Below are positions 36,156 through 47,654 of a stretch of 64,000 bases of DNA, piece by piece; position 1 is the first letter of the stretch; every line of letters starts with the position of its first letter. Position numbers and translations under genes: made by a program. The stretch is from Shigella phage CM8. A model generated the notes under the pieces. The model was given only the letters and a program-made list of their open reading frames with translations, searched no databases and was not told where the DNA came from. The DNA lies in sequence record MK962750; one strand, given 5' to 3'.

Positions 36156-36806
36156 TTATATATTGTTAATTTGATTTAGAATTCTTTTTGCTTGAGTATG
36201 ACTTACGCCAATATGCTTAGCATATTTAGACAATTCGCCACGTTTAGAAAAATCATATAATTTAGAAATTTCTATTCTTCTTTTTCTTTCATCCGCAGAA
36301 ACTTTTGCTTCGTTTGCTTTTGCTATTTTACGTTTAGCTTCTTGAGAATGAGTTTTACCAGCAAAGCCATTCTTCATTAATCCATTTGAAGACCATCCTT
36401 TTAATTTTCCGTTAGAATGTGCCTTTTTAACACCCAATGAAATTAATTCGCGTTGCTGATCTGTCATAGGATAATTATTTATATGATCCCATCCACCTTC
36501 ACCTCCAAGTTTTAAATTATACACATCTGGTCTATTTAAAAACTCTTCTGTGACAATATTTTTCTCGGCTTCAAGCATAGATTCTTTATCGTCAAAATAC
36601 TCTAATATTTCTTTAGAAAAATTTTCTATACCATATTTATCTTGGGCTCTTTTTAATAATTTACCAGAACCCATATATCCATCATCTAAATTTTCGGTAG
36701 AATGCACACCAATATAAATTTTATTATTAATTTTATTTGTTATTTTATAAAGATAAAAATGCATATCAGTCCCTAATAAAGAACTGAGCGTCTCACGACG
36801 AGTCAT
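36156..36806 (-). CDS. segB: GIY-YIG homing endonuclease, SegB-like
   Basis: 216 aa; GIY-YIG motif YLYKITNKINNKIYIGVH...GYMGSG; inserted in the tRNA cluster; alternative start at 36764. Confidence 0.7.
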   Translation of the reverse strand: MTRRETLSSLLGTDMHFYLYKITNKINNKIYIGVHSTENLDDGYMGSGKLLKRAQDKYGIENFSKEILEYFDDKESMLEAEKNIVTEEFLNRPDVYNLKLGGEGGWDHINNYPMTDQQRELISLGVKKAHSNGKLKGWSSNGLMKNGFAGKTHSQEAKRKIAKANEAKVSADERKRRIEISKLYDFSKRGELSKYAKHIGVSHTQAKRILNQINNI

Positions 36807-36810
36807 AAAT

Positions 36811-36884
<74 letters not shown>

Positions 36885-36889
36885 AAATT

Positions 36890-36976
36890 TGGTGCGAGAA
36901 GTGGGACTCGAACCCACAAGGAAATCATTCCGCAGCATTTTAAGTGCTGTGCCTTTACCAATTTGACCATTCTCGC
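36890..36976 (-). tRNA. tRNA-Leu (anticodon UAA), class II
   Basis: Acceptor gcgagaa/ttctcgc, anticodon stem-loop cagca-cttaaaa-tgctg, long variable arm, T-arm tgggttcgagtccca, CCA. Confidence 0.8.
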
Positions 36977-36982
36977 GCTATA

Positions 36983-37591
36983 TTATTTATTACGTGAAAA
37001 AGACTGTTCTATCAATTCTGGACACTTTCGTTCTATCCATTTTCTAGCTTTTTGTGGGCTTATACCTATTATTTTAGCAGCTTTACTAACCCATCCAAAT
37101 TTAGAATAATCGATTTTAACTAATTCTTCGTAAATTTCATCAGTTAAAATCTTTTCATTAATATTTACCAGTAAATGATATAATTTATTATCATTAGCAA
37201 TTTTAATGAATCTTTTATAGTTTCCGCCTTTACTTAAACCTAATGAAGTAATTGCAGATGATATAGTAGCCGAATTTAATAGTGCGTTTAAAATTTCTTC
37301 ATCACTAACATTATAACGCTTTTTATTATTTTTAATATTTTTACCAGCAAAAGTATCAGTTTGCGAATGGCAGTTTGGACATAATAATCTTAAATTTGAT
37401 TTAAGATGATTTTTGTTATTTCCATCAATATGGTCTAATTGCAGAACAATATGCTTATTTTGCCATTTTGAAATTTTACAAATTGCACACTCATATGGAA
37501 AAATATTTTCTTTTATTATTTTGTCTTTCAGCTTTCCTGTACTAAAATTTGGATGTTTTCCTTCAAAAATTTCAGCTAATTTAGTATCCAT
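36983..37591 (-). CDS. Free-standing HNH homing endonuclease
   Basis: HNH/zinc motif CAICK...HIVLQLDHIDGNNKNHLKSNLRLLCPNCH; ATG at 37589-37591 chosen over the ORF-track TTG; C-terminal helix-turn-helix-like region. Confidence 0.7.
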   Translation of the reverse strand: MDTKLAEIFEGKHPNFSTGKLKDKIIKENIFPYECAICKISKWQNKHIVLQLDHIDGNNKNHLKSNLRLLCPNCHSQTDTFAGKNIKNNKKRYNVSDEEILNALLNSATISSAITSLGLSKGGNYKRFIKIANDNKLYHLLVNINEKILTDEIYEELVKIDYSKFGWVSKAAKIIGISPQKARKWIERKCPELIEQSFSRNK

Positions 37592-37690
37592 AATATGATT
37601 CCCAATTATTAACAAAGGCTCTCTAACAAGAACCCTTGATGATAGAGGGTATTAATCAGTGCGGTATGAGTTAATAATAACAAATAATTC

Positions 37691-38206
37691 TTAAAGCAAA
37701 TTAAACATTTTAACGGTCGGCAAAACAATTTCTTTTTCTATATAAGAGTATTTAACACTCTCAACTACACGCAAAAAATCATAATCATAATACTCAGAAG
37801 CATTACCTAAAATATTAATAAGTCCTTCAAGCACTTTATTACCATTCACAAAGAATAAGTCAAATACGCGTTCTTCGTCTTCTTCGGATTTATTACCAAG
37901 GTCAACTTCTATATCAAAGACCTTTTTAATGAATTCTGGATAAAGTTGTTCTGAGAACAGTCCTTCAACCAAGTATTCATAAATAAAAAGCGATTGCTCG
38001 CTGAACAAGCCATTACCACAATAACGTTCAGCTTTAGTACTAGAATGTCTACTTTTAAACTTCTTTAAAAGATATTGAAATTGTAAGATTTCATGCTCTT
38101 CTACGCCAAACAGTGTTTTAGTTTTATAGTTGTCACCATCATTTTCCCAGGTAGTGACATCAATTACGTAACCCTGTGGAATTGTAGTACCTAAACAAAT
38201 ATTCAT
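37691..38206 (-). CDS. Hypothetical protein
   Basis: 171-aa ORF with ATG start. Confidence 0.45.
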   Translation of the reverse strand: MNICLGTTIPQGYVIDVTTWENDGDNYKTKTLFGVEEHEILQFQYLLKKFKSRHSSTKAERYCGNGLFSEQSLFIYEYLVEGLFSEQLYPEFIKKVFDIEVDLGNKSEEDEERVFDLFFVNGNKVLEGLINILGNASEYYDYDFLRVVESVKYSYIEKEIVLPTVKMFNLL

Positions 38207-38496
38207 TTGCTCACCATATTAATGTAAGTATATTCAATACATTCAAGACCCAAAGGATTCTTGAAAATATCATATTCAAGAGGACCTTTTTCTGTTTCAA
38301 TAAAGAAATCAAAATTTACTGTATTAAATTTACGGTCTTCCTTCACTAATTTAACCTGAGAAGATGAACGGTCAATGTAAACCTTTTCAACTTCAAAACA
38401 TGTTAAAACGCCATAATCATCAATCAAGGCTTTAGCCGCGTCTTGATCATATTTATATCCATTTTCAATTGACGATACTTTAGCATAAAGAATCAT
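38203..38496 (-). CDS. Hypothetical protein
   Basis: 97-aa ORF. Confidence 0.45.
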   Translation of the reverse strand: MILYAKVSSIENGYKYDQDAAKALIDDYGVLTCFEVEKVYIDRSSSQVKLVKEDRKFNTVNFDFFIETEKGPLEYDIFKNPLGLECIEYTYINMVSK

Positions 38497-38498
38497 TA

Positions 38499-38879
38499 TC
38501 AGCCTTCATCAACAATAGTATGAGTGTGGGCATTTACAATTTGCCACCAATCAAAGCGATTAGAACCACACATCGGTTTGTTTTCATTTTCTTTGATAAT
38601 ATCACGAAGTTCATCTTCGGTAGCGGCTTTCGCGATTAAATCAGCATATCCACCGCGAGGATAATAATTATCACCTGCAAAAAGTAAAAAGTTCGGTTTA
38701 ATATTATTGAACTCTTCAAGAGTAATAACTTTTCCTGTCGGTTGAACAATCTCTACATATTTATATCCTAATTTTTGAGCAGCATCTACTGCTTCAAGCA
38801 AAGTATCATGAGCCCATCCAATTTGACAACCTGGCTTTTCAGATGGATTAGCCTGATAATCCGCGTACACTTTATACAT
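38499..38879 (-). CDS. Hypothetical protein
   Basis: Start reset to ATG at 38877-38879 (MYKVYADYQANPSEKPG...). Confidence 0.45.
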   Translation of the reverse strand: MYKVYADYQANPSEKPGCQIGWAHDTLLEAVDAAQKLGYKYVEIVQPTGKVITLEEFNNIKPNFLLFAGDNYYPRGGYADLIAKAATEDELRDIIKENENKPMCGSNRFDWWQIVNAHTHTIVDEG

Positions 38880-38880
38880 T

Positions 38881-39066
38881 CTATTCACCTTTAGAAATTT
38901 TATCCATAACGATAGCAATTAAACCAATTAAAAATGCTACTACAAGTGAAAAAACATTTTCTGCTGTAGTTAATAATCCGCATATAAATCCAACAAACAT
39001 TGAAAAACTAAAAGCAGAAGCAGAAATTGCAATAGCAACATTTCGAATTAATTCACAACGTTTCAT
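38881..39066 (-). CDS. Hypothetical small membrane protein
   Basis: ORF-track N-terminus is translated promoter; ATG at 39064-39066 gives a 61-aa protein with a hydrophobic core. Confidence 0.4.
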   Translation of the reverse strand: MKRCELIRNVAIAISASAFSFSMFVGFICGLLTTAENVFSLVVAFLIGLIAIVMDKISKGE

Positions 39067-39127
39067 TTTATTCTCCTCAGTAGCTGATAGGGTAATAGTA
39101 TCACTACTAAAACCCAATGTAAACAAT

Positions 39128-39352
39128 TTATTCAACGCCAGCGGCTTTCAAAAGTTTCTTAAGATTGGCAACACCTTGAGCAGAAAATGTGACCTTGCCA
39201 CCTTTTTCACTGATAGAACCAACCAATTTAGCAAGTTTATCATTAGGAATTTTTTTAAAATCAGCCAATGTTCCATCAAAGGTTTTTGAAACAAAAGGCA
39301 GTTCGTCTTCGCGTCTTTTAGCTTCTACAATAAATTCTTGATATGTTTTCAT
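39128..39352 (-). CDS. Internal (capsid-targeted) protein A with T4-type leader MKTYQEFIVEA
   Basis: ATG at 39350-39352 gives MKTYQEFIVEAKRREDELPF... (74 aa); leader matches the T4 internal-protein capsid-targeting sequence as recalled. Confidence 0.65.
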   Translation of the reverse strand: MKTYQEFIVEAKRREDELPFVSKTFDGTLADFKKIPNDKLAKLVGSISEKGGKVTFSAQGVANLKKLLKAAGVE

Positions 39353-39385
39353 TTTAGTTTCCATTTGAGTGTTTGTTTTGATAGG

Positions 39386-39418
39386 GTAATAGTATCACTA
39401 CTAAAACCCAATGTAAAC
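39386..39418 (-). promoter_or_regulatory. Early-promoter-like module (repeated before each gene of the internal-protein locus)
   Basis: tgtaaac at 39412-39418 and gtaatagtatcac at 39386-39398; near-identical copies near 39090-39125, 39745-39790, 40070-40120, 40360-40392, 40720-40765 and 41045-41095. Confidence 0.5.
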
Positions 39419-39436
39419 AACTTTGTGAAAAATTTA

Positions 39437-39724
39437 TTACAAAAGATTTTTAGCAATAATCTTGAGATGTGCCGCAGAAATGTGTTTAGCTTTAAACAAC
39501 GCAGTTTCTTCAGCAGGAGAGATAACGATTGTAGCACCATCCTTTTTAGCAGACCACCCATCGCCTAGGTAAACAGTACCTTTGATTTCTTCGCCATCAA
39601 CCAGACTAATCATTGGTTTACCTTCTCGTCCTTTATTTGCTTTAATAACTTCAGAAGTAAGAGTAGCTTCGGTAATAGTAGAAACCGGGGTAGTTGTAGA
39701 AGTAAATTCTTTGAAAGTTTTCAT
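39437..39724 (-). CDS. Internal (capsid-targeted) protein B, copy 1 (leader MKTFKEF)
   Basis: 95 aa, MKTFKEFTSTTTPVSTITEATLTSE...; ITE motifs fit prohead-protease sites; differs from copy 2 only in the last ~9 residues. Confidence 0.6.
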   Translation of the reverse strand: MKTFKEFTSTTTPVSTITEATLTSEVIKANKGREGKPMISLVDGEEIKGTVYLGDGWSAKKDGATIVISPAEETALFKAKHISAAHLKIIAKNLL

Positions 39725-39796
39725 TTTATTTTCCTAATTAATTTTGATAGGGTAATAGTATCACAACTAAAACCCTATGTAAACAACTTTGTGAAA

Positions 39797-40054
39797 TTAT
39801 TTTAAATCTTCTAATCGTTTCTTCATCTTAGAACCGTTCTTAGCGATTTCGCCTGCATCAGAGCATAATGCTAAAAGCGCTTTAACTTTAGTTTGGTCTC
39901 CTTTAAAAGATGAAGGATCAACAGCAGCAGCAAGTTCTTTAATACGAGAGAAAAGACGCTCAGCTTCAGCTAAAGCCATTCCAAGCTTTACTTCCATACC
40001 GCGGGAAGATTCAGTAATAGTAGTTTTTGTAGCAAACTCTTTGAAAGTTTTCAT
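39797..40054 (-). CDS. Internal (capsid-targeted) protein C, copy 1 (leader MKTFKEF)
   Basis: 85 aa, MKTFKEFATKTTITESSRGME...; identical to 40771-41028. Confidence 0.6.
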   Translation of the reverse strand: MKTFKEFATKTTITESSRGMEVKLGMALAEAERLFSRIKELAAAVDPSSFKGDQTKVKALLALCSDAGEIAKNGSKMKKRLEDLK

Positions 40055-40126
40055 TTTATTTTCCTAATTAATTTTGATGAGGTAATAGTATCACTACCTC
40101 ATCAGTATGTAAACAACTTTGTGAAA

Positions 40127-40698
<572 letters not shown>

Positions 40699-40770
40699 TT
40701 TATTTTCCTAATTAATTTTGATAGGGTAATAGTATCACAACTAAAACCCTATGTAAACAACTTTGTGAAA

Positions 40771-41028
40771 TTATTTTAAATCTTCTAATCGTTTCTTCAT
40801 CTTAGAACCGTTCTTAGCGATTTCGCCTGCATCAGAGCATAATGCTAAAAGCGCTTTAACTTTAGTTTGGTCTCCTTTAAAAGATGAAGGATCAACAGCA
40901 GCAGCAAGTTCTTTAATACGAGAGAAAAGACGCTCAGCTTCAGCTAAAGCCATTCCAAGCTTTACTTCCATACCGCGGGAAGATTCAGTAATAGTAGTTT
41001 TTGTAGCAAACTCTTTGAAAGTTTTCAT
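40771..41028 (-). CDS. Internal (capsid-targeted) protein C, copy 2
   Basis: 85 aa, identical to 39797-40054. Confidence 0.6.
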   Translation of the reverse strand: MKTFKEFATKTTITESSRGMEVKLGMALAEAERLFSRIKELAAAVDPSSFKGDQTKVKALLALCSDAGEIAKNGSKMKKRLEDLK

Positions 41029-41100
41029 TTTATTTTCCTAATTAATTTTGATGAGGTAATAGTATCACTACCTCATCAGTATGTAAACAACTTTGTGAAA

Positions 41101-41785
<685 letters not shown>

Positions 41786-41786
<1 letters not shown>

Positions 41787-42511
41787 TATAGTACCTTTAG
41801 TGTATTTTTAATTTTAGAAAAAAGTTCTTCAAGAGAACCATCGTTTGTAATTACTAAATCGCCATCACGAATTGGCAATCCAGCTTCTGTAATATGTGTA
41901 TCATTGGATTTTTGACCAGGACGAACTACATGAATTACTGTAGCACCCATCGCCCTAGCCGCATCCATTTCATGATCTTGACGGGTATCAGGAACGATAT
42001 AATAATCATAACCTGAGTTAAATTTATCAAGATAATCTAAAGCAAATAATTTTACCCAGTACATGCGGTCGAAGTTATTAACAATCAAATCCGTACCTAG
42101 GGCTTGCATCAGACGACGGACTGACCATTGATCTTCAATATTATTTATAACGTCAATAATCTTGTTAAATGCTACGGAATTAACTGATTCTTGTCCTTCG
42201 TCATCAAAAACAAACACACCCTTAATTGGGCTTTTACCGTTAAGATAGCAAAATGCTTGTTCCATAATCGTGATTACTTCTGATTTAGTCAGATTTAAAT
42301 TAGTCTCACGATCATAGTCAATTCCTTCAAACTCTTTACGAGTTAAGCAAGGATAGTCAGTGTTTGCTGCAAATACTCCCCATGCATAAGCCAATGCATC
42401 CTTAATAGGACCAGCAAGTTGGTATTTAACTGCAGAATAATTGCTCATGATAAAATCAGCAGTAGTATCTTTTCCACTACGCTTTACACCGCTTAAAAAG
42501 ATTAGTTTCAT
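41786..42511 (-). CDS. 1: Deoxynucleoside monophosphate kinase
   Basis: ATG at 42509-42511 after GAGGAG gives MKLIFLSGVKRSGKDTTADF... (241 aa) with P-loop; matches recalled T4 gp1. Confidence 0.88.
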
Positions 42512-42560
42512 GTGTTTCTCCTCAAATTTAATTAAGATTATAACACACAAAACTGAAGCA

Positions 42561-43091
42561 TTAAACTTCTGCTATAATTTTACCATCTTTTTCTACTTGA
42601 AAATACGTATAAGGAATCGTAGCTGTACATACTAAAGCCGGGTCTGAATCTTCTGTGTAGCTAAATTCTACTTCAGATAGGTCAGAAACCCAAGGCTTAT
42701 AAAAATTTATTGACATCACGATTTCAGTTTTGCTATTATCTAAGATGTAAAGCGTAATGTACTCAGGACCTGTTTTTTGGGCAGTATTTTCACCTGTAAG
42801 ATAGTTGCTAGTTCCTAGCATCCATTCATACATTCCTATCCACGACTTAAGTTCTTCATCAACTATAAATCTCACAATGAGTGGATCATACTCAAATGTA
42901 ACACCTGGACGTTGTGCTCTACCCAGTCCAAACGGCCCAGTCACGGTATCAGTAACAGGTATTCTAATTCCTGGAATAGGAACTGACTGAGCATTTAAAG
43001 TAAAAGCAGATGTAGTATTACTATGTGGTATTGATACTACAAAGTTAGTTGTATTTGCTTGGTTAAAAATTTGTTGCAGAGCTTGCGACAT
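42561..43091 (-). CDS. 3: Tail tube terminator / sheath stabiliser gp3
   Basis: ATG at 43089-43091 after GAGGA gives MSQALQQIFNQANTTNF... (176 aa), matching recalled T4 gp3 length. Confidence 0.85.
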   Translation of the reverse strand: MSQALQQIFNQANTTNFVVSIPHSNTTSAFTLNAQSVPIPGIRIPVTDTVTGPFGLGRAQRPGVTFEYDPLIVRFIVDEELKSWIGMYEWMLGTSNYLTGENTAQKTGPEYITLYILDNSKTEIVMSINFYKPWVSDLSEVEFSYTEDSDPALVCTATIPYTYFQVEKDGKIIAEV

Positions 43092-43197
43092 ATATTCCTC
43101 ATAATGCTTTATAACTGTTGGTGGTATAATGGGTCTAAGTCCCTTCCATTCAATTCCATTTAGAACAAACAACAGAAAAGAATGGAAGATAATAGAA

Positions 43198-44022
43198 TTA
43201 GATATTTGACCAGACTTTGTTTGCAGAGAAACGTTTTCCTTTTGAAACGAACTGCTGAAGTGGCATCAACACAACGTTCGCCCAGTCTTTCGGGGCGATT
43301 TCAACAAGGCTACCCATAATATTACCAGGTATATATGCCTTAATCATTTGGTCTGCACCCCTAAATCCTTTCACTTGACTCCAATCAATTTTTAATTTCG
43401 TTTTATTAGTAATAGTAGGTGTATTTGCATATTGCTTTAAAAGCTCTTCTAGGAATTGCTGACGAGCTTTAGGTGGAATATAGTGCAAGTTTAATCCGTA
43501 CATTAAATTATGCTTACCTAAACCAAGGTAAATTATCAAAGGAAATTTATCCCAGTAAGGAAGAGTTTCCTTGTGTTTAGCATCATAAGCAAAAGCATAT
43601 ATTCGTCCCGGCTGCGGGCGAACAACTTTATGTCCTTTTACTTGCTTAATAGTTTCAGCAAACCATTTTCTGGTTTTATTATTAATTGCTGCACCTTCAT
43701 TACGAATTTTATCACGCAATGTTTGTCTGAATGAATTTATCATAAGCAGTTGTCTTTCTTGCTTATTGAGCTTATTCATTGGTTTTGATTCAAGCTTTTG
43801 AATCTTTTCAGCCGTTTTAATTCCTGAAGCATATTTTGACATTGCCGAAGTAAACGTAGAGTATTTGATTCCTCTTTCTTCAGCAAATTGCTTTCCTGTC
43901 ATTCCTTTTGCTTTGGCCTTTTTATATTCAAGACCTATCTGAATCCATTTCTTTTCGTTTAATGATTGCTTAACCTTTGGAACTTGGGGAGTGCTTTCAT
44001 TAATTATTTGAAAAATAGCCAT
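43198..44022 (-). CDS. 2: DNA end-protector protein gp2
   Basis: 274-aa ORF; length and neighbours (3, 4) as in T4. Confidence 0.85.
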
Positions 44023-44474
44023 TATGCCCCCTTAAAGCCAAGAGCTCGTAATCCATCTTCTGTTAAAATTCTAAATTTTATTCCACGCTTTTCAGCTAAA
44101 GATTGTGCTGCTTTCCATTTGTCGGTGTTAACAGACCAGGTATAAATTTCATTCATAAATCTTTTCTTCGCTGCGGTTGTTAGATGCGCCGGTTTAACTG
44201 GTGGTTGTGTTTCTTTTTTAGGTTTTATTTCAATAAAAAATTCTTGTCCAGAAGAATCTTTCATCCAAATATCCATGAAGTATCTACGTTTTTTCCCTTC
44301 TGCATTACAAAAATAAGGAATTACTGCTGTTTCACTACCCCATGCAATAATTTCTGGATTTTTATCTAACCATTCAAAAAAGAATTTTTCCCAATTTGAT
44401 CTATACGTAATTTTTTTAGGGTCACCTCTATACTTTGATATATTTTTAGGAACCCATTTTCCAGAATATGCCAT
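44022..44474 (-). CDS. 4: Head completion protein gp4
   Basis: 150-aa ORF; start overlaps the gp2 stop; position between 2 and 53. Confidence 0.85.
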
Positions 44475-44485
44475 TGGATTCTCCT

Positions 44486-44493
44486 TATAAATA
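44486..44493 (+). promoter_or_regulatory. Late promoter (TATAAATA) for gene 53
   Basis: Exact TATAAATA on plus, 28 nt upstream of the gene 53 ATG. Confidence 0.65.
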
Positions 44494-44500
44494 GATAATA

Positions 44501-44508
44501 TATTTATA
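44501..44508 (-). promoter_or_regulatory. Late promoter (TATAAATA) for gene 4 on the minus strand
   Basis: Plus-strand tatttata is TATAAATA on the minus strand, 27 nt upstream of the gene 4 ATG; divergent with the gene 53 promoter. Confidence 0.6.
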
Positions 44509-44521
44509 AACAGGAGGGCCC

Positions 44522-45112
44522 ATGCTCTTTACATTTTTTGATCCGATTGAATATGCGGCCAAAACGGTGAATAAAAACGCGCCGACTATTCCTATGACAG
44601 ATATTTTTAGAAACTATAAAGACTATTTTAAACGCGCTCTTGCGGGATACCGCTTACGTACTTATTATATCAAAGGTTCACCACGCCCGGAAGAATTAGC
44701 AAATACTATATATGGAAATCCACAGTTGTATTGGGTTTTATTGATGTGTAATGATAATTATGACCCGTATTATGGATGGATTACTTCACAAGAAGCAGCT
44801 TATCAAGCATCTATACAAAAATACAAAAATGTAGGTGGAGACCAAATAGTATATCATGTGAATGAGAACGGTGAAAAATTTTATAATTTAATATCATACG
44901 ATGATAATCCATATGTTTGGTATGATAAAGGCGATAAAGCTAGAAAATATCCTCAATATGAAGGAGCACTTGCTGCGGTCGATACGTATGAAGCTGCTGT
45001 TCTTGAAAATGAAAAACTTCGTCAAATAAAAATAATAGCAAAATCAGACATCAATTCATTTATGAACGACCTTATACGTATAATGGAGAAATCTTATGGA
45101 AATGATAAGTAA
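44522..45112 (+). CDS. 53: Baseplate wedge protein gp53
   Basis: 196-aa ORF, same length as recalled T4 gp53, directly before gene 5. Confidence 0.88.
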   Translation: MLFTFFDPIEYAAKTVNKNAPTIPMTDIFRNYKDYFKRALAGYRLRTYYIKGSPRPEELANTIYGNPQLYWVLLMCNDNYDPYYGWITSQEAAYQASIQKYKNVGGDQIVYHVNENGEKFYNLISYDDNPYVWYDKGDKARKYPQYEGALAAVDTYEAAVLENEKLRQIKIIAKSDINSFMNDLIRIMEKSYGNDK

Positions 45113-46823
45113 TAACCTTAATTGGTTTGTTGGTGTTGTTGAAGATAGAATGGACCCATTAAAATTAGGTCGTGTTCGTGTTCGTGTGGTTGGTCTGCAT
45201 CCACCTCAAAGAGCACAAGGCGATGTAATGGGTATTCCAACTGAAAAATTACCATGGATGTCAGTTATTCAACCTATAACTTCTGCAGCAATGTCTGGAA
45301 TTGGAGGTTCTGTTACTGGTCCGGTAGAAGGAACTAGAGTCTATGGTCATTTTTTAGACAAATGGAAAACTAACGGAATTGTCCTTGGCACGTATGGTGG
45401 AATAGTTCGCGAAAAACCTAATAGACTTGAAGGATTTTCTGATCCGACTGGACAGTATCCTAGACGTCTAGGAAATGATACTAACGTATTAAACCAAGGC
45501 GGAGAAGTAGGATATGATTCGTCTTCTAATATTATCCAAGATAGCAATCTAGACACTGCGATAAATCCTGATGATAGACCACTATCAGAGATTCCAACTG
45601 ATGATAATCCAAATATGTCAATGGCTGAAATGCTTCGCCGCGATGAAGGATTAAGACTAAAAGTTTATTGGGATACTGAAGGATATCCGACAATTGGTAT
45701 TGGTCATCTTATCATGAAGCAGCCAGTTCGTGATATGACTCAAATTAATAAAGTTTTATCAAAACAGGTTGGTCGTGAAATTACCGGAAATCCAGGTTCT
45801 ATTACAATGGAAGAAGCGGTAACTTTATTTGAACGTGATTTGGCTGATATGCAAAGGGATATTAAATCACATTCTAAAGTAGGACCAGTCTGGCAAGCTG
45901 TCAACCGTTCTCGTCAAATGGCATTAGAAAATATGGCGTTTCAGATGGGTGTTGGCGGTGTAGCTAAATTTAACACAATGTTAACTGCTATGTTAGCCGG
46001 AGATTGGGAAAAAGCATATAAAGCCGGTCGTGATTCATTGTGGTATCAACAAACAAAAGGCCGTGCATCCCGTGTTACCATGATTATTCTTACGGGGAAT
46101 TTGGAATCATATGGTGTTGAAGTGAAAACCCCAGCTAGGTCTCTATCAGCAATGGCTGCTACTGTAGCTAAATCTTCTGACCCGGCTGACCCTCCTATTC
46201 CAAATGACTCGAGAATTTTATTCAAAGAACCAGTTTCTTCATATAAAGGTGAATATCCTTATGTGCATACAATGGAAACTGAAAGCGGACATATTCAGGA
46301 ATTTGATGATACTCCTGGGCAAGAACGATACAGATTAGTTCATCCGACTGGAACTTATGAAGAAGTATCACCGTCAGGAAGAAGAACAAGAAAAACTGTC
46401 GATAATTTGTATGATATAACCAACGCTGATGGTAATTTTTTGATAGCCGGTGATAAAAAGACTAACGTCGGTGGATCAGAAATTTATTACAACATGGATA
46501 ATCGTCTTCACCAAATAGATGGAAGCAATACAATATTTGTACGTGGCGATGAAACTAAGACGGTTGAAGGTAATGGAACTATCCTAGTTAAAGGTAATGT
46601 TACTATTGTAGTTGAAGGTAATGCTGACATCACAGTTAAAGGAGATGCTACCACTTTAGTTGAAGGTAATCAAACTAATACAGTAAATGGAAATCTTTCT
46701 TGGAAAGTTGCTGGGACAGTTGATTGGGACGTTGGTGGTGATTGGACAGAAAAAATGGCATCTATGAGTTCTATTTCATCCGGTCAATACACAATTGATG
46801 GATCGAGGATTGACATTGGCTAA
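45096..46823 (+). CDS. 5: Baseplate central spike / tail lysozyme gp5
   Basis: 575 aa; OB-fold N-terminus, internal lysozyme domain (MAEMLRRDEGLRLKVYWDTEGYPTIGIGHL, paralogous to e), C-terminal VEGN beta-helix repeats. Confidence 0.95.
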   Translation: MEMISNNLNWFVGVVEDRMDPLKLGRVRVRVVGLHPPQRAQGDVMGIPTEKLPWMSVIQPITSAAMSGIGGSVTGPVEGTRVYGHFLDKWKTNGIVLGTYGGIVREKPNRLEGFSDPTGQYPRRLGNDTNVLNQGGEVGYDSSSNIIQDSNLDTAINPDDRPLSEIPTDDNPNMSMAEMLRRDEGLRLKVYWDTEGYPTIGIGHLIMKQPVRDMTQINKVLSKQVGREITGNPGSITMEEAVTLFERDLADMQRDIKSHSKVGPVWQAVNRSRQMALENMAFQMGVGGVAKFNTMLTAMLAGDWEKAYKAGRDSLWYQQTKGRASRVTMIILTGNLESYGVEVKTPARSLSAMAATVAKSSDPADPPIPNDSRILFKEPVSSYKGEYPYVHTMETESGHIQEFDDTPGQERYRLVHPTGTYEEVSPSGRRTRKTVDNLYDITNADGNFLIAGDKKTNVGGSEIYYNMDNRLHQIDGSNTIFVRGDETKTVEGNGTILVKGNVTIVVEGNADITVKGDATTLVEGNQTNTVNGNLSWKVAGTVDWDVGGDWTEKMASMSSISSGQYTIDGSRIDIG

Positions 46824-47352
46824 TATACTTCCAATGAGCGCTGATTTAGGAGAATCCATGGAAGGTTCTTCTATCGACGTCACCTTTACCGCTCAATTAG
46901 AAACAGGTGAAACGTTAGTATCTATAAATATAACTAGTTACGAAGAAACTCCTGGGGTTTTAGTAGAAGAAAATCGCTTATATGGAACATATGAATCTGT
47001 GTTTGGATTTGGAAATGACGCGTTGAAATATCGTTTAGGCGATGAATTTAAAACTGCTGCTTCATGGGAAGAACTTCCTACTGATTCTGATACTCAGTTG
47101 TATTTGTGGAAAGCTCCTCAAAATCTCCAGAAGACATTCACTTACGAAGTAACATTAATATATGACTACCAAGAACAAAGTGAATCTGGAGGTTCTGGCA
47201 GTAATTCTAGGTCATCTTCTGATACTACTGAACCGACGGATCCTCCTGCTCCAGTAAGAAAAACTCTCGTTAAAAATTATACTAAAACTATAGTTGGAAA
47301 TTGGAGTCGTTGGGCTAATAAATTAAGAAGCTATGTGTATGAGAGGTCATAG
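46798..47352 (+). CDS. Hypothetical protein between gene 5 and the PAAR-like protein (5.1-like by position)
   Basis: First ATG at 46798 overlaps the gene 5 end; alternative ATG at 46834. Confidence 0.5.
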
Positions 47353-47646
47353 ATGTCAGGATTAAGTTATGATAAATGTGTTACTGCTGGTCATGAAGCA
47401 TGGCCTCCAACAGTTGTGAATGCTACACAAAGTAAAGTATTCACTGGAGGAATTGCTGTTCTCGTAGCAGGTGATCCAATTACAGAACATACAGAAATTA
47501 AAAAGCCATATGAAACACATGGCGGAGTGACACAACCCAGAACTTCTAAGGTATATGTCACTGGAAAGAAAGCTGTTCAAATGGCTGATCCAATATCATG
47601 CGGTGATACTGTGGCTCAGGCATCATCTAAAGTATTCATTAAATAG
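47353..47646 (+). CDS. 5.4: PAAR-repeat spike-tip protein gp5.4
   Basis: 97-aa ORF directly upstream of gene 6; length matches recalled T4 gp5.4. Confidence 0.75.
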
Positions 47647-47654
47647 GATTTAAA

